Shown piece after piece: positions 12,117 through 25,346 of a DNA stretch of 64,000 nucleotides. Under the pieces are notes generated by a model that worked only from the letters and a program-made list of their open reading frames with translations, was not told where the DNA came from and ran no database searches. Position numbers and translations under genes: made by a program. Location of the stretch: positions 22,692,001 through 22,756,000 of the forward strand of contig NC_043002.1 of NCBI RefSeq assembly GCF_006345805.1, given 5' to 3'. The DNA comes from Octopus sinensis. Lineage: Eukaryota. The stretch's first letter is position 1; every line of letters starts with the position of its first letter.

Positions 12117-12975
12117 GTGAGATATTATTTACTATCCATTCATGCATTCATTTATTTTTCGTGTGACACAGCTGGGTCGGTAAAAAAATGTTTGGAGTCA
12201 GTAGTTCATTTATAGTCAGCATAGTCAACTTCCAATAAGCTAATTTACCTAACTGTTAAAACTAGATAAGCCCCTGTTTTCCTGCTTCGCTCCTCTCCAA
12301 GACAGAAGGTGGTCAAATATCTCAACATAATATCCTGCAACTGTAATCAGCGGCAGTGGAAGGATTTTTGTAAAACTTAAGTACATTAACTTAGATAAAC
12401 TTATAAATGTCAGTATTGGCCAGTGCCCTATCAGTATTGGCCTGTCAGTATTGGCCAGTGCCCAGTCTAATTTAATAGCACCATCATGTGAACTGTAAAT
12501 TGACAAGCCTTGTTATTTTGATGCTGATCTGAAGATCTTTTTCTCTATTCTAGTGTTATTAGTGTCTATTGTCGATGTTGCCGCTGGTTGTATCCTAGTT
12601 GATTAACTGTTTTAATAAAATCCTTTCACTTTCCTGATTACTCCTCTCTCCCACTCCCTCTCTCTCGCTCGCTCCCCCCTCTCTCTCTACCTTCCCACAC
12701 ACTCTCCCTGTCTCTCTACATTCCCACTCTTTCTCTCCCTCTCTCTATCTTCTCACTGTACCTTCTCTCTCTCCCCTCTCTCTCAATCTTCTCACTCTCA
12801 CTTTATCTCTCTCTTTCTCTTTCTTTCTCTTTTCTCTCTCCCTCTCTCGCTACATTCTTACTCTCTCTCCCTGTCTCTCCAAATTCTCATTCTCACTCTT
12901 CCTCTATCTACTTTCAGTTTCCCTCTTTCTCTCTCTGCCTTCTCTCTCTCGCTCTGCCTTCTCTCTCTCGCTCTG

Positions 12976-13015
<40 letters not shown>

Positions 13016-14452
13016 AAGTTTAATTTTTAAAATTTATTTGGGGCTGTGATTTGAGCATATATTTCAAATCATATCCGAAAGAAACTTCTGCCAATCCCTG
13101 AACGTTAGGTCAAATATGATTACCTCACAGTTTGATTTAAGAAGATCTATTTTGAAAAATAGGTTGGTTGAGGTGAATATATTGGTTTGCGTGTAAAGAA
13201 ATAATAGAAAACTATTATTGCCGCGTACCATGGACTAATCTATCATGGACAATAATAGAATGGTTGCTAAATACTAGATTTAAAGCACTTTCGTTGCGTC
13301 TCGTTGATTTAGGCACAATTTGTGATACTAAATTTAAACAGTGCTTCGACTGGTTATTTGACTGGGTTTTAATGCAGTTAAATAATTTCGAAGAATTTGT
13401 TTATACGCCAATCTACATAAAGTAAGATTAAGTTGTCCGTCAATGATATACTTCCAGAATTACACATTTATGGATGATGGAATAGATTTAGTTAATATGT
13501 TAATGGAAGCGCAACAAAGACATTTACGTTGACTAGAAGGACCCATTTATGGTTAGGTCACTAACCTTATTATGTAGAAGCACAGATCGCAATAACCAAT
13601 GGAATATATATAAAGAAATGATGGCAAGAATGGTTGCTCTTCATTCACTTCAAATTCAGCAATGCAAGTGTATTGTGATGATGTTTTCTAGCTTTTGTTT
13701 TTACATTCAAGTGGGAATTACTAAGACAAGACTCAGTTTGGATCAAGAAAGGAATGAGAAATTCCTGCTCTGAAATCCATCTAACCATGTTGGTGCACTA
13801 GATACGTTGTATGTATTCTGAAATGTAATAGAACGTAAACAGTTATAAGTATTAATTTAATGTGTCTATAATATTATTTCCTAGTCTTTTCTCTCATCTA
13901 TGTCGTTCACTGAAACGTAAGTATTCATAAGTCTGTAGCTGACTTTATTTTCTGCCATTTAATAACAAATTAGTACTCGGGCACACTTTTCTAGTTCGAA
14001 TTACGAATCATTTCTTTTCCTTTCCTAAACCCGTGTACTGTCTCTAGTAAATGTTACTATTTATTTAACTCACGACCGCCATTTTACAGAAGATAGCTTA
14101 TTGTCCTCCCTTCTCTTATCATTTCCATCCGAGTATCAGTCTGGCTTAACTTATTAGATAAATATATTAGCTCAAAACAAAAAAGGAATAGTGAGAGGAA
14201 GCCCCCTTAGAATATTGTTCTTCCAATAGAGATGAGGTTAGTTTTATAATTTCCTTATTTGTCGGTATCCAGAGAATTGTCTATCATTTACATATGAAAT
14301 GTATAATGTTTTATAACGATGCCTTGTATGAAGAGAGGAGCATCGGACTGTACTGTTACTATTTACTTTTACAGAAACTGAATATCATGTTTGCCTGAAT
14401 TTTATCTCTCAATATTCTAAGGTAAACCCCAATAAATAATACCTTATTATTA

Positions 14453-14500
<48 letters not shown>

Positions 14501-14514
14501 TATTATTATTATAC

Positions 14515-14730
14515 TAAGGCGGTGTGCTAGAAGAGTCGTTAGCACCCTGGGCAAAATACTTAGTGGTATTTCGCCCATCGCTACGTTCTGAGTTCAAATT
14601 ACGCCGAGGTTGACTTTTCCTAGCAACCTTTTGGTGTCAATAAATTAAGTACCAGTAAAACACTGGGGTCGATGTAATCGACTCGTCCCCTACCCCTAAA
14701 TTTCAGGCCTTGTGGTTTTAGTAGAAAGAA
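14515..14730 (+). mobile_element. SINE family B copy
   Basis: aaggcggtgtgctag...tacgttctgagttcaaatt...tttcaggccttgtg, flanked by (ATT)n. Confidence 0.8.
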
Positions 14731-15329
14731 TTATTATTATTATTATTATTATATTATTATTATTGAGTGAGAGAGCAGTGCATGCCATCAAAGTGACACT
14801 GGGGTAAAATATACGAAGCCCAGTATACTCATCTTGACTATCCGTCTCATAAGGCACATGCATCACAACCATATGTGCGCGACATGGTGATCTCATATCA
14901 AGATAAACAGCACATGACCTTGCAGGTGGGGGCCCAGCTAGAATTTTTTCTGGTCGAGTAGCCCATCCCGCTCAAAAGGTCCTTGAATAAGGGTTGTTTA
15001 AGGATGTTGAACGAAACACCCATGTTTCCCGAGGTGAATTATTCAAACCCCAAAGAATCCCTCTCAACACACGGCAATGATGTTCCTCCACTACTTCTGC
15101 ACGTGATCAGAGATGCACATACTGTCAATCACTAAGGGACATGCTAAAATGGTTAAGGTCAAACAACTGACAAGCAAATCTGTGGTATTGAGCAGAATAT
15201 TTGCTGTAGCCCATCCTTTATACCAAGACAAAACAATGTACATGATAACACTTCCAATCAGTTAAGATCAGAAGCCACGAGAGCCACTGCCTGGTACTGC
15301 ACCAGGGCGTATCATTATTATTATTATTA

Positions 15330-15377
<48 letters not shown>

Positions 15378-15654
15378 CATTATTATTATTATTAAAGCAG
15401 CGTGCCAGCAGAATAATTAGCGCGTCGGACAAAATGTTTGGGAGCAATTGTTTTTGGTTCCCCACGTTCTGTGTTCAGATGCTGTTGAGGTTGATTTTAC
15501 TTTTCATCCTTTCAAGGTCGATAAAATATGTACCAGCTGAACACTGGTGCCGGTGTATTCGACTTGCACCCACCACCCCAAATTGATGGCCTTGAGCCAA
15601 AATTGGAAACAACTATTACTGTTTTGATCAATATCACCATTTCCATCGTCGTTG

Positions 15655-15691
<37 letters not shown>

Positions 15692-16416
15692 ATCATCATC
15701 ATCATCATCATCATCACCTTCATGCAACAGTTTTATGCGAGTTTATATTGCACCATCAGTATAAAGACATTTTGTCCGACGTGTCTGCCAGTTTGCTGTC
15801 CATTTCTTTAAAGAAAACATCTGTGAAGATTAGAATTCGAACCGATCGAAATGTATTGTAGATTTGAACAAAAAACAAAACAAAAAAAAAAACAGAACCC
15901 TTAGTCAATAGGGAGTTCAGTTTCATCACTAACACCATCGTACGCAAATATAAACTCACACACCTACACCTCACCACACAGGCGCATACTAATCACATAC
16001 TCATATTTGAAATGCTTCTAAAATATTTTTATTTTATGTGTTGCAGATCGACCGGCTGCCATGTGATACTGATACAAGTAAATGGATGTTTCCGTTCACA
16101 GTTTGAGTTTATAGACATAACCGCAAGAGAGAGATAACACTCCGTCTCGAATAGGAAAGGAGTAACCTCCTCTACCAAGCACATGTCCTTTTCTTGCTTT
16201 CATTGTTGTGTTTGTTCCCACTATACAACCGTAATCTAGACTATATCTATGTTTATGCATGCGGAGATATGAATATACGTATATGTGCATCTATGTATGA
16301 ATGTATGTATGTTTGTATGTATGTACGTAAGTACTTATGCATGCATGCATACATACTCACATACATATACACATATGCATATGCACACCGATTCACACAT
16401 CCATACTTATATGAAA

Positions 16417-16790
16417 CGGAGGCGCAATGGCCCAGTGGTTAGGGCAGCGGACTCGCGGTCATAGGATCGCGGTTTCGATTCCCAGACCGGGCGTTGTGAG
16501 TGTTTATTGAGCGAAAACACCTAAAGCTCCACAAGGCTCCGGCAGGGGATGGTGGTGATCCCTGCTGTACTCTTTCACCACAACTTTCTCTCACTCTTAC
16601 TTCCTGTTTCTGTTGTACCTATATTTCAAAGGGCCGGCCTTGTCACTCTCTGTGTCACGCTGAATATCCCCGAGAACTACGTTAAGGGTACACGTGTCTG
16701 TGGAGTGCTCAGCCACTTGCACGTTAATTTCACGAGCAGGCTGTTCCGTTGATTCGGAACCCTCATCGTCGTAACCGACGGAGTGCTTCC
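16417..16790 (+). mobile_element. tRNA-derived SINE family C
   Basis: Head ggaggcgcaatggcccagtggttagggcagcggactcgcggtc...gtttcgattccc (A and B boxes). The tail gtcactctctgtgtcacgctgaat...ttaatttcacgagcaggctgttccgttgat is shared with 42825-43135. Confidence 0.85.
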
Positions 16791-17139
16791 ATATATGAAA
16801 CGTTAAAAAAAAAAGGCTTTCACATAACCGGATCGAACCCGGAACCACATGCTATCACAAACACATATACACAGCACATACGCACATAGACATGTAATGC
16901 TTTACACAGCCATATCAGCATGCTTGTGTATCTATAGGTGTATGTTCCTATGCATGTCTGTGTGTATATATGTATGTATTTATGTAGATGCAAGTATATG
17001 TATTTATACACTTTACCTTTCATTCTTTCGATTTCACATACACACACACACACTCACACACACATACATACACACACACACACGCATATATATTATATGT
17101 GCGCGTGCATATGTTTATGTGTATGTATGAAGTTGTATA

Positions 17140-17329
17140 CTATTTTACTTGTTTCAGTCATATGACTGCGGCTATGCTGGAGCACCGCCTTTAGTCGAGC
17201 AAATCGACCCCAGGGATTATTCCTTGTAAGCCTAGTACTTATTCTATCGGTCTCTTTTGCCGAACCGCTAAGTTACGATGACGTAAACACACCAGCATCG
17301 GTTGTCAAGCGATGTTGGGAGGACAAACA

Positions 17330-17400
<71 letters not shown>

Positions 17401-17525
17401 GCATATATACGACGGGATTCTTTTAGTTTCCGTTTACGAAATCCACTCACAAGGTGCCACGCAGTGAGACTGAACCCGGAACCAAGTGGTTCATAAGCAA
17501 GCTACTTACCACACAGCCACTCCTA
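17140..17525 (-). mobile_element. SINE family A copy
   Basis: Near-identical to 18115-18510. Confidence 0.85.
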
Positions 17526-18114
17526 CGCCTATATTCATATTTAAACACAAATGCTCTTCTGTCTATCACTTCTCAAATACAACTCCCTGATATGCCTATC
17601 TTTTTCATTGTATCTGTTCAGAAAACAGCCTACTTCACAGTTCGGGAACTCTCAATGTCTACGTCCACCAGATCCGAAGCTGTGACAGCTCCCTTCCTCC
17701 AGGTTTGTAAAATAAATTTCCACTTAGTTAAGGCCAGAATGGTCGCAATACTTTTTAGAAGCATGTGTCTGCAATTCGCATATCCACATCTATGGAGGCT
17801 CGGGTGTAGCGAGATTAAAGGAAATATGATGAATACGCGTTAAATCCGTATTTTCATATACACGCCTATTGTATGTCTTTTATGTAGATACATGTGAATA
17901 CACACATATATATATATATGAAATGTATGTATATGCATATGTGTGTGTATGTGTGTGTGTGTGTGTTGTGTGTGTGTGTGTGTGTATGTGTGTGTGTGTG
18001 AGTAAATATATATACAGGGTGTTGTAAATAAACTGTCGTCTGAATTAGGCAGAAATGAAAATAACATTGACATCTCATTTTAACAAATATCTCATTTTTT
18101 TACTCGTTTACTCT

Positions 18115-18510
18115 TTTACTTGTTTCACTCATTTGATTGCGGCCATGCTGGAGCACCAGATTTAGTCGAGCTAATCGACCCCAGGACTTATTCTTTTTAA
18201 GCCTAGTACTTATTCTATCGGTCTCTTTTGCCGAACCGCTAAGCTACGGGGACGTAAACACACCAGCATCGGTTGTCAAGCGATGTTGGGGGGACAAACA
18301 CAGACACACAAACACACACACACACACATATATATATATACATATACATATATACGACGGGCTTCTTTCAGTTTCCGTCTACCAAATCTACTCACCAGGC
18401 TTTGGTCGGCCCGAGGCTATAGTAGAAGACACTTGCCCAAGGTGCCACGCAGTGGGACTAAACTCTGAACCATGTGGTTGGTAAGCAAGTTACTTACCAC
18501 ACAGCCACAC
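18115..18510 (-). mobile_element. SINE family A copy (near full length)
   Basis: Runs from ttttacttgtttcactcatttgattgcggccatgctgg to ttacttaccacacagccac. Confidence 0.85.
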
Positions 18511-18574
18511 CTGCGGTTATGTAATATATTTACCAAAATTACATAAAGATATCTTAAAATACTAAAGAGTAAAT

Positions 18575-19323
18575 TTATTCAATAAAATCGCCATTGGCTT
18601 CAACCATGGCCTTCAGACGACTTCGGAATCTCCCGCAACTCTTCTGGACAGTCTCCTTGTTTAAGTCGGTGAATGCTGCCATAATCCTTGCCTTCAGTTC
18701 ATCTTTGCTGTTACAAGGAGTTTTGTTGTCTGTCGCTCAACTGTGCCCCACACATAATAATCAAGGGAATTGCATTCTGGGGAGTTAGATGACCAGATAT
18801 TGGGGGTGATGTGGTCGCAACAATTGTCTGACAGCCATGACTGGGTTCTCCTGCTTATGTGTCATGGTGCAGAGTCCTGTTGCCAGATATATGGTCTTCT
18901 GGCAGCCCTGCCTCTTGACCCCGGGCAGCACTACTTCCTTCATGCATTTGATGTAGGCCTCCGTGTTGAGTGTGAGGCCGTTTGGGAAGATGAATGGAGG
19001 CATAACGTCGCTATCACTCGTGATCACTCCAAACACCATGATGTTGACTAGATGTTTGATTTTTTCTCAATCTTGGTACATGTCCTCAGATTGACAGCCA
19101 AACACTCTGAAATATTCGCGCTGGAGTCTTGGCGCGAATACCAAGCAGTAAATCATGTCGTTTCCAAATTTCTAGCAGGGTGAAGTGCGTCATGGTGCTG
19201 TTTTTTCTCACAGACGGCGCCCAACTGACCCTACTATACTGTGTTATCGACAAAATCAAAAATGAAAAAAGCGCACGTGCGAAATTAAAAATATAAAATG
19301 GCGAGAATTTACCCATCGCAACC
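18575..19323 (-). mobile_element. maT (DD37D) Tc1/mariner transposon relic, internally deleted
   Basis: Minus-strand WQQDSAP*HISRRTQSWLSDNCCDHITPNIWSSNSPECNSLDYYVW has 37 residues between the two Asp. Upstream MVFGVITSD.DVMPPFIFPNG. Confidence 0.85.
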
Positions 19324-19379
<56 letters not shown>

Positions 19380-19382
<3 letters not shown>

Positions 19383-20140
19383 ATATGAGAGAGAATCCAC
19401 TATGTGGACGCTCTAACGCTAAAAATAGATCCGCAATGGTCTCAACCACTAAGAATTGTTCTCAAGAAAAATTTAGCACAACTATGAACGTAAGCGAGCA
19501 GGACAAATGGAAAATAACAAAAATATATATTAACCCCAGATAATTGTTTCACTGTTAATAAATTATGCAATTTTACTTACACAATAAATCTACAGATCAT
19601 CAGTAGGATTCGTCATAAATATAATTTGGCGAACTGCACGTCAGATATTAACACGAAGCCAAAAACACGAGTAGTTCGGCCTATTATATTCGCAGTTATG
19701 TTCAAATGCCCTCGTTCTAGCGCGCCAAAATTACCGGAAATAAATACTGCATAAATAATTTACTGCAATAGTTAGTGCCGGTTTGAGAACATATTAATTT
19801 ATAATTAAAATAAAAATAAGGGTGAAAAAATTGGATATTAATTTATAAATATCAATTTAACACCAAGTGGTTTAGTGTATAAAAAACTGAGATTAAGTAA
19901 ATATTAATACACAAATATGAGAGAGAATCCACTATGTGGACGCTATAATGCTAAAAATAGATCCGCAATGGTCTCAACCACTAAGAATTGTTCTCAAGAA
20001 AAATTTAGCACAACTATGAACGTAAGCGAGCAGGACAAATGAAAAATAACAAAAATATAGATTAACCCCAGACAATTGTTTCACTGTTAATAAATTATGC
20101 AATTTTACTTACACAATAACTCTACAGATCATCAGTAGGA

Positions 20141-20141
<1 letters not shown>
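19380..20141 (+). repeat. Direct duplication of a ~230-bp unit (19380-19610 and 19912-20141)
   Basis: acacaatatgagagagaatccactatgtggacgc...tacagatcatcagtaggat occurs twice. A related sequence lies at 10140-10400. Confidence 0.9.
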
Positions 20142-20186
<45 letters not shown>

Positions 20187-20516
20187 TTATGTATATATAT
20201 GTATGTATGTATATAGTCAATTCGAGGATGTGAGGTCCTCATTAGGGATTTAATAATCCCAAACTTCCACTAGTTAATTGCTATCATATAAGGAGAAAGT
20301 CTCGACGATATGTTAGGGATTATTATAGTAATATATATTATTATAATGAAAGAAAGAAAACGGACAAATATGGATGAATAATTTATTTATTGTATGATAT
20401 TAGGAAGCTGAAAGTTTTGTTTATAAAACAATACAAATAAATTATAAATTATAAGCTCAAAAACAGCTAGTCTTTGGCATCTTCCGTTTCTTCTTTTGAG
20501 CTTTATAATTTATAAT

Positions 20517-20710
20517 TTATTACCTCCGCCTCAGCGAAGGCGGAGGTATTGTTTTCAGTCGTGTTTGTTAGTTTCTTTGTCCGTGGACAATATATCTCAA
20601 GAACCACTGGGTGGATTCGGATGAAACTTTTAGGGATGTTTGGCCTCGTGACTGGCACAACTGATTAGATTTTGGGATAGATCCGGTACCGGATAAGGAC
20701 TCTGGATAAC
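20517..20710 (+). mobile_element. Helentron/HINE-like non-autonomous element
   Basis: Begins ttattacctccgcct-cagcga-aggcggaggta (hairpin) followed by gtttgtt repeats. A related terminus lies on the - strand at ~43240-43310. Confidence 0.55.
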
Positions 20711-20878
20711 TTTTGATAAATATGAGGAGAACAGATATTTACACAGCTTGATTATACAGTTTGATTATACAGTTGTTCACATCTTTGTCGGGTTAAAAGT
20801 TCAAGATTTTATGACTATTTTTATTTACGCTAACACTACACAAAAGAATAATTTTGGTTGAGCTTACACTCTATTCAG

Positions 20879-21018
20879 ATGATACCCGAGCTATATTTAA
20901 ATCTGACCTTGATGAAGCAGTACTGATGATTAACACCAAGATGAACAATTTGCCGTGTGCACCGGCTTGCAATGTGGCAAAGAAAGATGTGATTAACTGT
21001 ATTATAAAACTTGGACCG
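20879..21018 (+). CDS. BCR/ABR-like gene, PH-C2 linker exon (DDTRAIFKSDLDEAVLMINTKMNNLPCAPACNVAKKDVINCIIKLGP)
   Basis: Acceptor ctctattcag|. The phase-1 start fits 12116. Donor ccg|gtcagt. Weak similarity to BCR FSLTSVELQMLTNSC. The 3' boundary is uncertain. Confidence 0.55.
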
Positions 21019-21944
21019 GTCAGTCTTTGTTCTCCTGATATTTATTAGTTTATTATTTCTTCTCGACCGACACAATGTAGTCTTTATAAGAACATTTGGA
21101 TTTACCGAAGTGAGGATCAACTGAGTATAGTAAATGTAACTAACTGGGGTTTATCTGCATTCACTGAGGTTAGCTAGCAGAGTTAACAGATAAGAGCGAG
21201 CACGGTATGTGCTAGGATTATATATCCCTCTTTACCATTTTTGGAAATTTACTTTGATATATATATGTCTATTATATAAAATCCGTTCTGCTGTCTGTCT
21301 GTGTGTGTGTCTTCTAGGATCTCGGGCATCCTCCATCCATTTGCGCTCAAATTTGATGTGTAGATACCGACGGTATCAGTGCGTGTATAAGTCTTGAAAA
21401 CATTACGAAAATCGATTCCAGGTGAGAATGCGATTGATAAAGCCGTGGGAACGTGCATTTGTACGCGCAAGTATATCAGCTGTTGCGATCGATACTACGC
21501 ATGCGCGAGAAAAATTCACGGGCAGCTTGCGCAAAAAAGCCGGCTGGCTTGAAATAATGCCTCAAAATGCAGTATATTTAAGAAACCAAAAACGTAAGAT
21601 GCAAAAGAGATATTTTCTTCAAACTTGGCATGAAGGAAGGAAAGACTATCATAACAGCCTTATCATTATTGGTACTTTAAACTCTTCGGTTGCATATTTA
21701 TGTGAAGAAAATCGTTTTTCTTTAGAATAGAAAAAAGTCTTTATTTCTTCTTTTGCTGGTAATCTCAAATTTAGGTTAAATCAGTGTTTCTCAAAGAGGA
21801 GGCCTATGGGATGCTCGGACAAGTGGTTTTGAGAAAATTTGATTTAAATGTTTGACAAATCAGCATCGTCCATTGAACGGGGGAGGGCGTTTTGCTCGTA
21901 TATATATATATATAATATCGGTGCTTCGTTGTGCCATTTATTTA

Positions 21945-21999
<55 letters not shown>

Positions 22000-22157
22000 T
22001 TTGTTTTGTTTACCTTGCATTATTGTACCAATGAGTATTATATTATATATGTGTAGTATTATGAAGTTATGCATAAGTTTTTATATTTTACATTTTCATA
22101 TTTTTATATTTATATGTATATGGAAAAATAATTTTTTCACAATTATAACAAATTAAA

Positions 22158-22268
22158 TTCTCTGAAGAGGCCGTGGGGCATCCTTGTTAATGCCTCATTT
22201 ATACCTGCCTTTATGGCTTATAGGTTAAATGAGGTATGACTGCCCTTGCTGCCGAAACAGCTGTCAGA
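22158..22268 (+). ncRNA. Type-I hammerhead-like motif with extended stem II
   Basis: tct-CTGAAGA-GGC[79-nt insert with ggggca/tgccct and cctcattt/aaatgagg pairings]GCC-GAAAC-AGCT-GTC-aga. Has a GUC cleavage triplet and a palindromic stem III ACAGCTGT. Confidence 0.7.
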
Positions 22269-22836
22269 TATGATTTAATTACATATTATATTTTATATTT
22301 TATACTTATATTTCCTTGTCTATTTACATTTACTGTATATTTTGTATAATGCCTTTACTGATATGTAATGGTGTAATAAAGTATTGATTGGGTATCATCT
22401 GATAGTTGATGTTTTATTGATTTAAGTATGTTTCTCCATTTTCTAATTTTGTAGTATTAATTTACGGTAATATTATTACCTTTGCCCATATAATACAATA
22501 GATGAACTGATTGTTTGGCAATTTTTAACATCTATGTATTAGCCTTGTTGGGTACCTATCTAGCAGTATATTGGATATATGTTATCCCATGGTGGGTTGA
22601 ATTTTCAACCCCTATCTCATTTTATAATATATATATATATATATATATATTATGTCATATATATATGTGTAAATATATATATATGACATGATATGACATA
22701 CATACATACATACATACATGCATACATACATTCGTACATACATACATGCATGCATGCATGCATGCATACATACATACATGCATACATACATACATATATA
22801 CATACATACATACATACATACACGTATATATCATGT

Positions 22837-22886
<50 letters not shown>

Positions 22887-22898
22887 TTTCTGTTGCAG

Positions 22899-23107
22899 CC
22901 GATACCTACGTGACATTAGAAGTTGACTCTTTGAATGGATTTTTCGCAAGAGTCTACCGAACAAAGGTAGTAAAAGAATGCATACATCCAGTCTACGATG
23001 AGGAGTTTACAATTCCCACAGTGTGTTCCAGAAGTTTAAAGATATCTGTTTTCAGATGTGATGCTGGAGAAGAAGGCTTTAAATTGTCTATGGCTGGAAT
23101 TTATGAT
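22899..23107 (+). CDS. BCR/ABR-like gene, C2-domain exon (DTYVTLEVDSLNGFFARVYRTKVVKECIHPVYDEEFTIPTVCSRSLKISVFRCD...GIYD)
   Basis: Acceptor tttctgttgcag|, donor |gtgagt. Clear match to BCR C2 LYCTLEVDSFGYF...KTRVYRDTAEPNWNEEFEI...SQTLRILCY. Confidence 0.9.
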
Positions 23108-23164
23108 GTGAGTATGAAATGATACTCCCCAAATACAGCATACATAATTGTGTCTCACTTTCTT

Positions 23165-23196
<32 letters not shown>

Positions 23197-23259
23197 TTCT
23201 CTTTCTCTCTCTCTTCATATATACATATATAAACTTAGATATGTTTCGGCCAATGACTG

Positions 23260-23301
<42 letters not shown>

Positions 23302-23335
23302 ATATTATATATATATATATATATATAATATATAT

Positions 23336-23409
<74 letters not shown>

Positions 23410-23436
23410 TATATATATATAATATATATATATATA

Positions 23437-23669
23437 CAGGGGATGCGAAAGTTTGGACCCATAGGTAATTTATTACATAACGATTTATAGTTTACAAGTT
23501 CTACTTTTTCTGAAATTGTTAGTTTTTCAGTCATGGTTACCGATCTGAAAGACATTAGATATGATAATGATATGATAATTATATGATAAGTATATGATCA
23601 AAATAATGTTAAAGAGAAAAAAAACTTTTTTGTAATTTCTCTATGGGTCCAGACTTTTGCACCACCCTG
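23437..23669. mobile_element. Tc1/mariner-type MITE
   Basis: TIRs caggggatgcgaaagtttggacccatag / ctatgggtccagacttttgcaccaccctg with TA on both sides. Confidence 0.85.
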
Positions 23670-23699
23670 TATAAATCAAAATAAGGAAAAGAAAAAGAA

Positions 23700-24075
23700 G
23701 CACTCCATTTTTTCTGCCAGTTCCCTTGTGTTTTGACAAGGATTTTCGTGCAAAAGTTGGTTTAACTGCTCTTCATCGAGGGGCTTTCTTTGAGGTCAAA
23801 ATTTCCATTTATGAACTTGGCATACCAATCACGAGCGTTTCTTTCAGCTATGGCACCCTCTTCATACACAGCACAAATGTCGTGAGCAGCTTTAGCGGCC
23901 TTAAAACCTTGATTAAAAGCAAAAAGAAGGAGGTGTCGAAAATGGTCGCTTTTCTTAACTTGACATTCCATTTTAATGATCTGAAAATAAACAAAAATTA
24001 ACTAAAATTAACTAGAGAAAATCAAAATAAATTCCAAAATAAAAAAAAAACAGCGGGAACTTAGTTGCCAACCCA

Positions 24076-24080
<5 letters not shown>
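23700..24080 (-). mobile_element. mariner transposon 5' fragment (TIR + HTH)
   Basis: Minus strand begins TA-TTGGGTTGGCAACTAAGT. Peptide MECQVKKSDHFRHLLLFAFNQGFKAAKAAHDICAVYEEGAIAER...W. Confidence 0.85.
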
Positions 24081-24145
<65 letters not shown>

Positions 24146-24970
24146 ATTTAGGGAATATAAAATTCCAAGGCAATAGGGGAAAAACAAAATCAATTTAGTA
24201 ATACTAAATCAAATTCCACGATATATTATATATATACATATAAAATTAAGAGACAGAACCTCTATCAAAGTAATTCAATCAATAATGAAAGATATTATCT
24301 ATAACAAAATATAAATTTAAATACATTATTATATACGCATACACACAAGCACACATATAAACATATATTGATATGCCTGAAGCATTGCAATGTAAACAAA
24401 ATATACCGGAAAAAATCCTTTGAGAAATGCATGTAAGACATTAGGCCAAGCAAGTAAGATTGTCACTAAATGAAAGCAAAAGAAAAGATATCCCATAAAT
24501 TTCGAGAAAGGTTCCCCTTTCCAAAGAGTAGAAAACATAGTTCAGAGTAATGTGTAGCTAATGGCAGACTACCTTTCTTCAGCTAAACTTAAGTCAATTC
24601 TTTCAAGTATCATTTGAACAGAAAGATAAGGGTGTCAAGAGAAGTACTGACCCTGAAGTGTATGCGATAAAAAGTGAGATTAATGTCGAGGATAAAGCGG
24701 GTAATGGGCCTACTCCCAGAGTAACTCTATATATCAGAGATAGCGTCTTGGAAGAGAGCACGGTTTTTGTAGATAGAACAAACTAGCATTCATGTAGGTT
24801 TCTTTAATTGGTATTAGGTGACTATCATCTGGAAAGTACGTAATGAAGAACCCAAAAGACGGGATGGTCACAGCATATGGGGTTGAACAGCAACTAGAAT
24901 AACAGCTAACCGTAAGTGCCGAAGCTTTTCAAGTATTTTCTTCTCATCTGCCTTCATATTTTCTTTTCAG

Positions 24971-25036
24971 ATATGGCATGGATACCTAAGTGAATCCTAC
25001 AAATTGGTTACTGTCCCCTTGCTGCCATCTAAACTA
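24971..25036 (+). CDS. BCR/ABR-like gene, C2 C-terminal exon (IWHGYLSESYKLVTVPLLPSKL)
   Basis: Strong acceptor ttttcttttcag|, donor |gtgagt, 66 nt, phase 0-0. L and TV are in register with BCR LDPQALQDRDWQRTVIAMNG. Confidence 0.6.
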
Positions 25037-25346
25037 GTGAGTTTTGTCTATCATATTCATATATCATTCAGATATCCTTCATGTCTACTTTCTACTCTCT
25101 CGATGCTAGATGTGTTGAAACAATCGTCGTGATTAATAAATTTTCGTATATTCCATCTTCCGTCTTTCATTTGCCATATATATATATATATATATATAAT
25201 ATAAATAAATGAAAGAATGGAGTCGAACGAAGATGTTAACAAAATTCCGTTACTCTCGACATATTTCGGTTAAACGAATTTTCCATGCTGACGATAAACA
25301 TAGGATAATTCATTCACCTATTTATATATATATATATATATATATG

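Noticed and set aside
16047-16077. 31-nt segment with strong acceptor and donor
   Set aside because: In the phase required after exon 12116 it contains TGA. It could be a poison exon but this is unsupported.
16417-16495. tRNA gene
   Set aside because: The tRNA-like head runs into a SINE body and lacks a proper acceptor stem and T-tract terminator.
24583-24911. Alternative C2-terminal exons (LNLSQFFQ... and VTIIWKVRNEE...)
   Set aside because: Exons 24971 and 26133 fit BCR phase and sequence better. The second candidate has an in-frame TGA and overlaps a repeat-like motif.
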